From Camelus dromedarius (taxonomy: Eukaryota), in contig NC_087436.1 in the NCBI RefSeq assembly GCF_036321535.1, positions 106,146,001-106,210,000 on the forward strand: a stretch of 64,000 nucleotides of DNA, written 5' to 3'. Positions 62,242-64,000 of the stretch are shown here, in pieces. The notes beneath the pieces were generated by a model. It made no database searches, was not told where the DNA came from, and worked only from the letters and a program-made list of their open reading frames with translations. Each line of letters starts with the position of its first letter. Position 1 is the first letter of the stretch. The position numbers and the translations under genes are program-made.

Positions 62242-62544
62242 GTCAGAGATTTTAGTTCAACTTAGGCCACACAGAGCAGATATACTCTGCCCATGAAGAA
62301 ATTACTGACTTTTCTGAACTTTCAAAGTCCTCAGAGAAAGCTCACCATTATCTTTAAAGGTTTTTATTGTTTTGTTTGTTTATTTTGTCTAAAGTAATGA
62401 ATAACTTCATATTTGAATTGCTAATAGTCTTCCTTATAATGAGTTGACATTTCAGGTCGTTTTAGAAACAGAGGAAAACTATTTGGGCAGAGTTAATCTA
62501 GCTAAGTGTAAATTAATACACTTTTTCAGAGCTATGATATTTGT

Positions 62545-62715
62545 GATACATATGTATTACATATGTATATATAATATTCATACATATGTATATAATATCG
62601 ATAGATGTATATTTAATGTCAATACATAACATATACTATATATGTATATGTAATATATATTCATATATACTTTTCATATATATGTATATATAGTATTCAT
62701 ATATGTATACATATG
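62545..62715. repeat. (TA)/(TATG)-rich low-complexity tract
   Basis: Repeated CATATATGTATATA-type units. Confidence 0.9.
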
Positions 62716-63579
62716 AATGAACTCTCTCCACTGGGAGGCATTTTGGAAAGCAGTTAACTTTTCCAAAAGCTGTCATTAAACGATCTCAAGTGGCTTGAAA
62801 AAGTTAACCCACTTTCCAAGTACGCAATTAACTTCTTTGGGGCATTGCAAATCATAATCTTGGAAAATTTGGTTGAGTTATTGTGGTTGTTACTATTACT
62901 GTTAAATAGTAGGAGTGATGGAATTATGTAGTACCTTGGCACCACAGAGCTAAAAATTACATTTAAATATCAGTTTAATTTAACGTGAAACCATGTTTTG
63001 TCTAATCATCGCAGCTAATTGCCATCCTTTGGAAGCAGTTTCCACAACATTTTTATTAATCGTCTAGTAGCAAGTTAGGTGTTTGGATGTTTCTTTCATG
63101 AAGTATCATGCAGTGTGAATTTATGTGTGTCAAAAATATTTTTTAAATGTATTTACTAGCTGCTGTGTGTATAATGTATGAGCTACTGAAGATTAGAAAC
63201 ATCAGTGCAGTGAACATGTCTTTGAATCAAGTATGTCTAGAGAATGTTCATGAGGATAAGACGAAGGCTTCAGTAACACAGTCAATATACAAAACAATGA
63301 AAAAAGAGGGCTGGCTTGCCCGTTCTTTCTGTCAATTAGGAATCTCTATTCACAATCAATAAGTGTTCGATAAATAACCAGAGATCAAACAGTTTTGTAA
63401 CAAACAATGTTTGCAGTAATCTCCCTCGGGCAATGCAAGAGGTGTGATGTCAGGGTAACACCAAAGAAAGATTAAATGCCTTAAATGTTCTCTTCCTTAA
63501 GCTCCTAAAACAAGAAATGATCAAAAAGTCAAAGTCAATGGAAAATAAAGCAATATTGAAATTGTTTATGTATAATGGC

Positions 63580-63840
63580 TAGACCAAGTGATGGGCTTGA
63601 AAATTAGGCCTGGTTTTCAGACTTGACTCTTCCACTTTTTAACGGTGGCACCTTAAGCGAGTTATTAGACATTTAGGATTCATTTGAAATTTCCCCTTTT
63701 CAAATGAAGACATATCTTCATGAGATGTTTAGCATATAGCATAGGGTTCTTGAGAAGTTGAAGTAAGGTGGTTTCTGTGTCGAGCTGGCATAGTGCTGGA
63801 CACATTGGATATACTCAGTGTGCTGGTCAAGTGTTAATTC
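63580..63840 (+). mobile_element. MIR SINE, degraded
   Basis: GGCCTGGTTTTCAGACTTGACTCTTCCACT...CATAGGGTTCTTGAGAAG...CATAGTGCTGGACACATTGG...CTCAGT. Confidence 0.6.
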
Positions 63841-64000
63841 CCTCTCCTTTTATGTGAAGGAAAGTTTTATACACCTTGCATGTTAGACATTTTACAGAAA
63901 TGGCCAATGTTATTGTACCAAGCTTATGAGAATGATCTGGCTGTTCTGTTCCTGCCTGGGTTTCTTGCCTCATCAGAAAATACCTATCTGACTACAAACA

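Noticed and set aside
862..63362. All ORFs in the supplied six-frame track as protein-coding genes
   Set aside because: They are short (60-167 aa), often start at non-ATG codons, overlap on both strands and show no recognisable domain. Many run through repeats or microsatellites (CVCVCV, THTHT). This is what chance predicts in 64 kb of mammalian non-coding DNA.
1..64000. Host gene identity and transcription direction
   Set aside because: There is no exon to anchor on. The two longer L1 pieces are on the minus strand, weakly hinting at plus-strand transcription, but other elements and homopolymer runs occur in both orientations.

Overview
This window is eukaryotic, not prokaryotic: 64 kb of mammalian non-coding DNA, most likely from a camelid (camel, alpaca or llama). 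Three tRNA-Ala-derived SINEs match the camelid Vic-1 pattern (GGGGAGGG-TAGCTCAG...CTTAGCA...GGTTCAA...CCTAATTACCTCCC). I recognise no protein-coding exon, RNA gene, operon or CRISPR array; the supplied ORFs look like chance frames or frames read through old repeats. The sequence is a mosaic of ancient mammalian repeats (many MIR and L2, one L3/CR1, old L1 3' ends, four MLT1 solo LTRs, MER5/MER102/MER104/Tigger DNA elements), younger lineage insertions (Vic-1, short L1 3' ends), microsatellites and AT-rich tracts. Between these lie several 1-4 kb blocks with no recognisable repeats, some CpG-retaining and rich in motifs. This looks like the interior of a very large intron or a gene desert containing enhancers. 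I cannot identify a host gene and found no convincing new biological system. The best leads are candidate regulatory elements (56.6-57.0, 48.0-48.5, 23.6-23.9 and 12.5-13.8 kb), a few splice-signal arrangements and some unusual retrotransposition footprints. Repeat subfamilies were called by eye from remembered consensus motifs, so boundaries are approximate unless target-site duplications (TSDs) are given.
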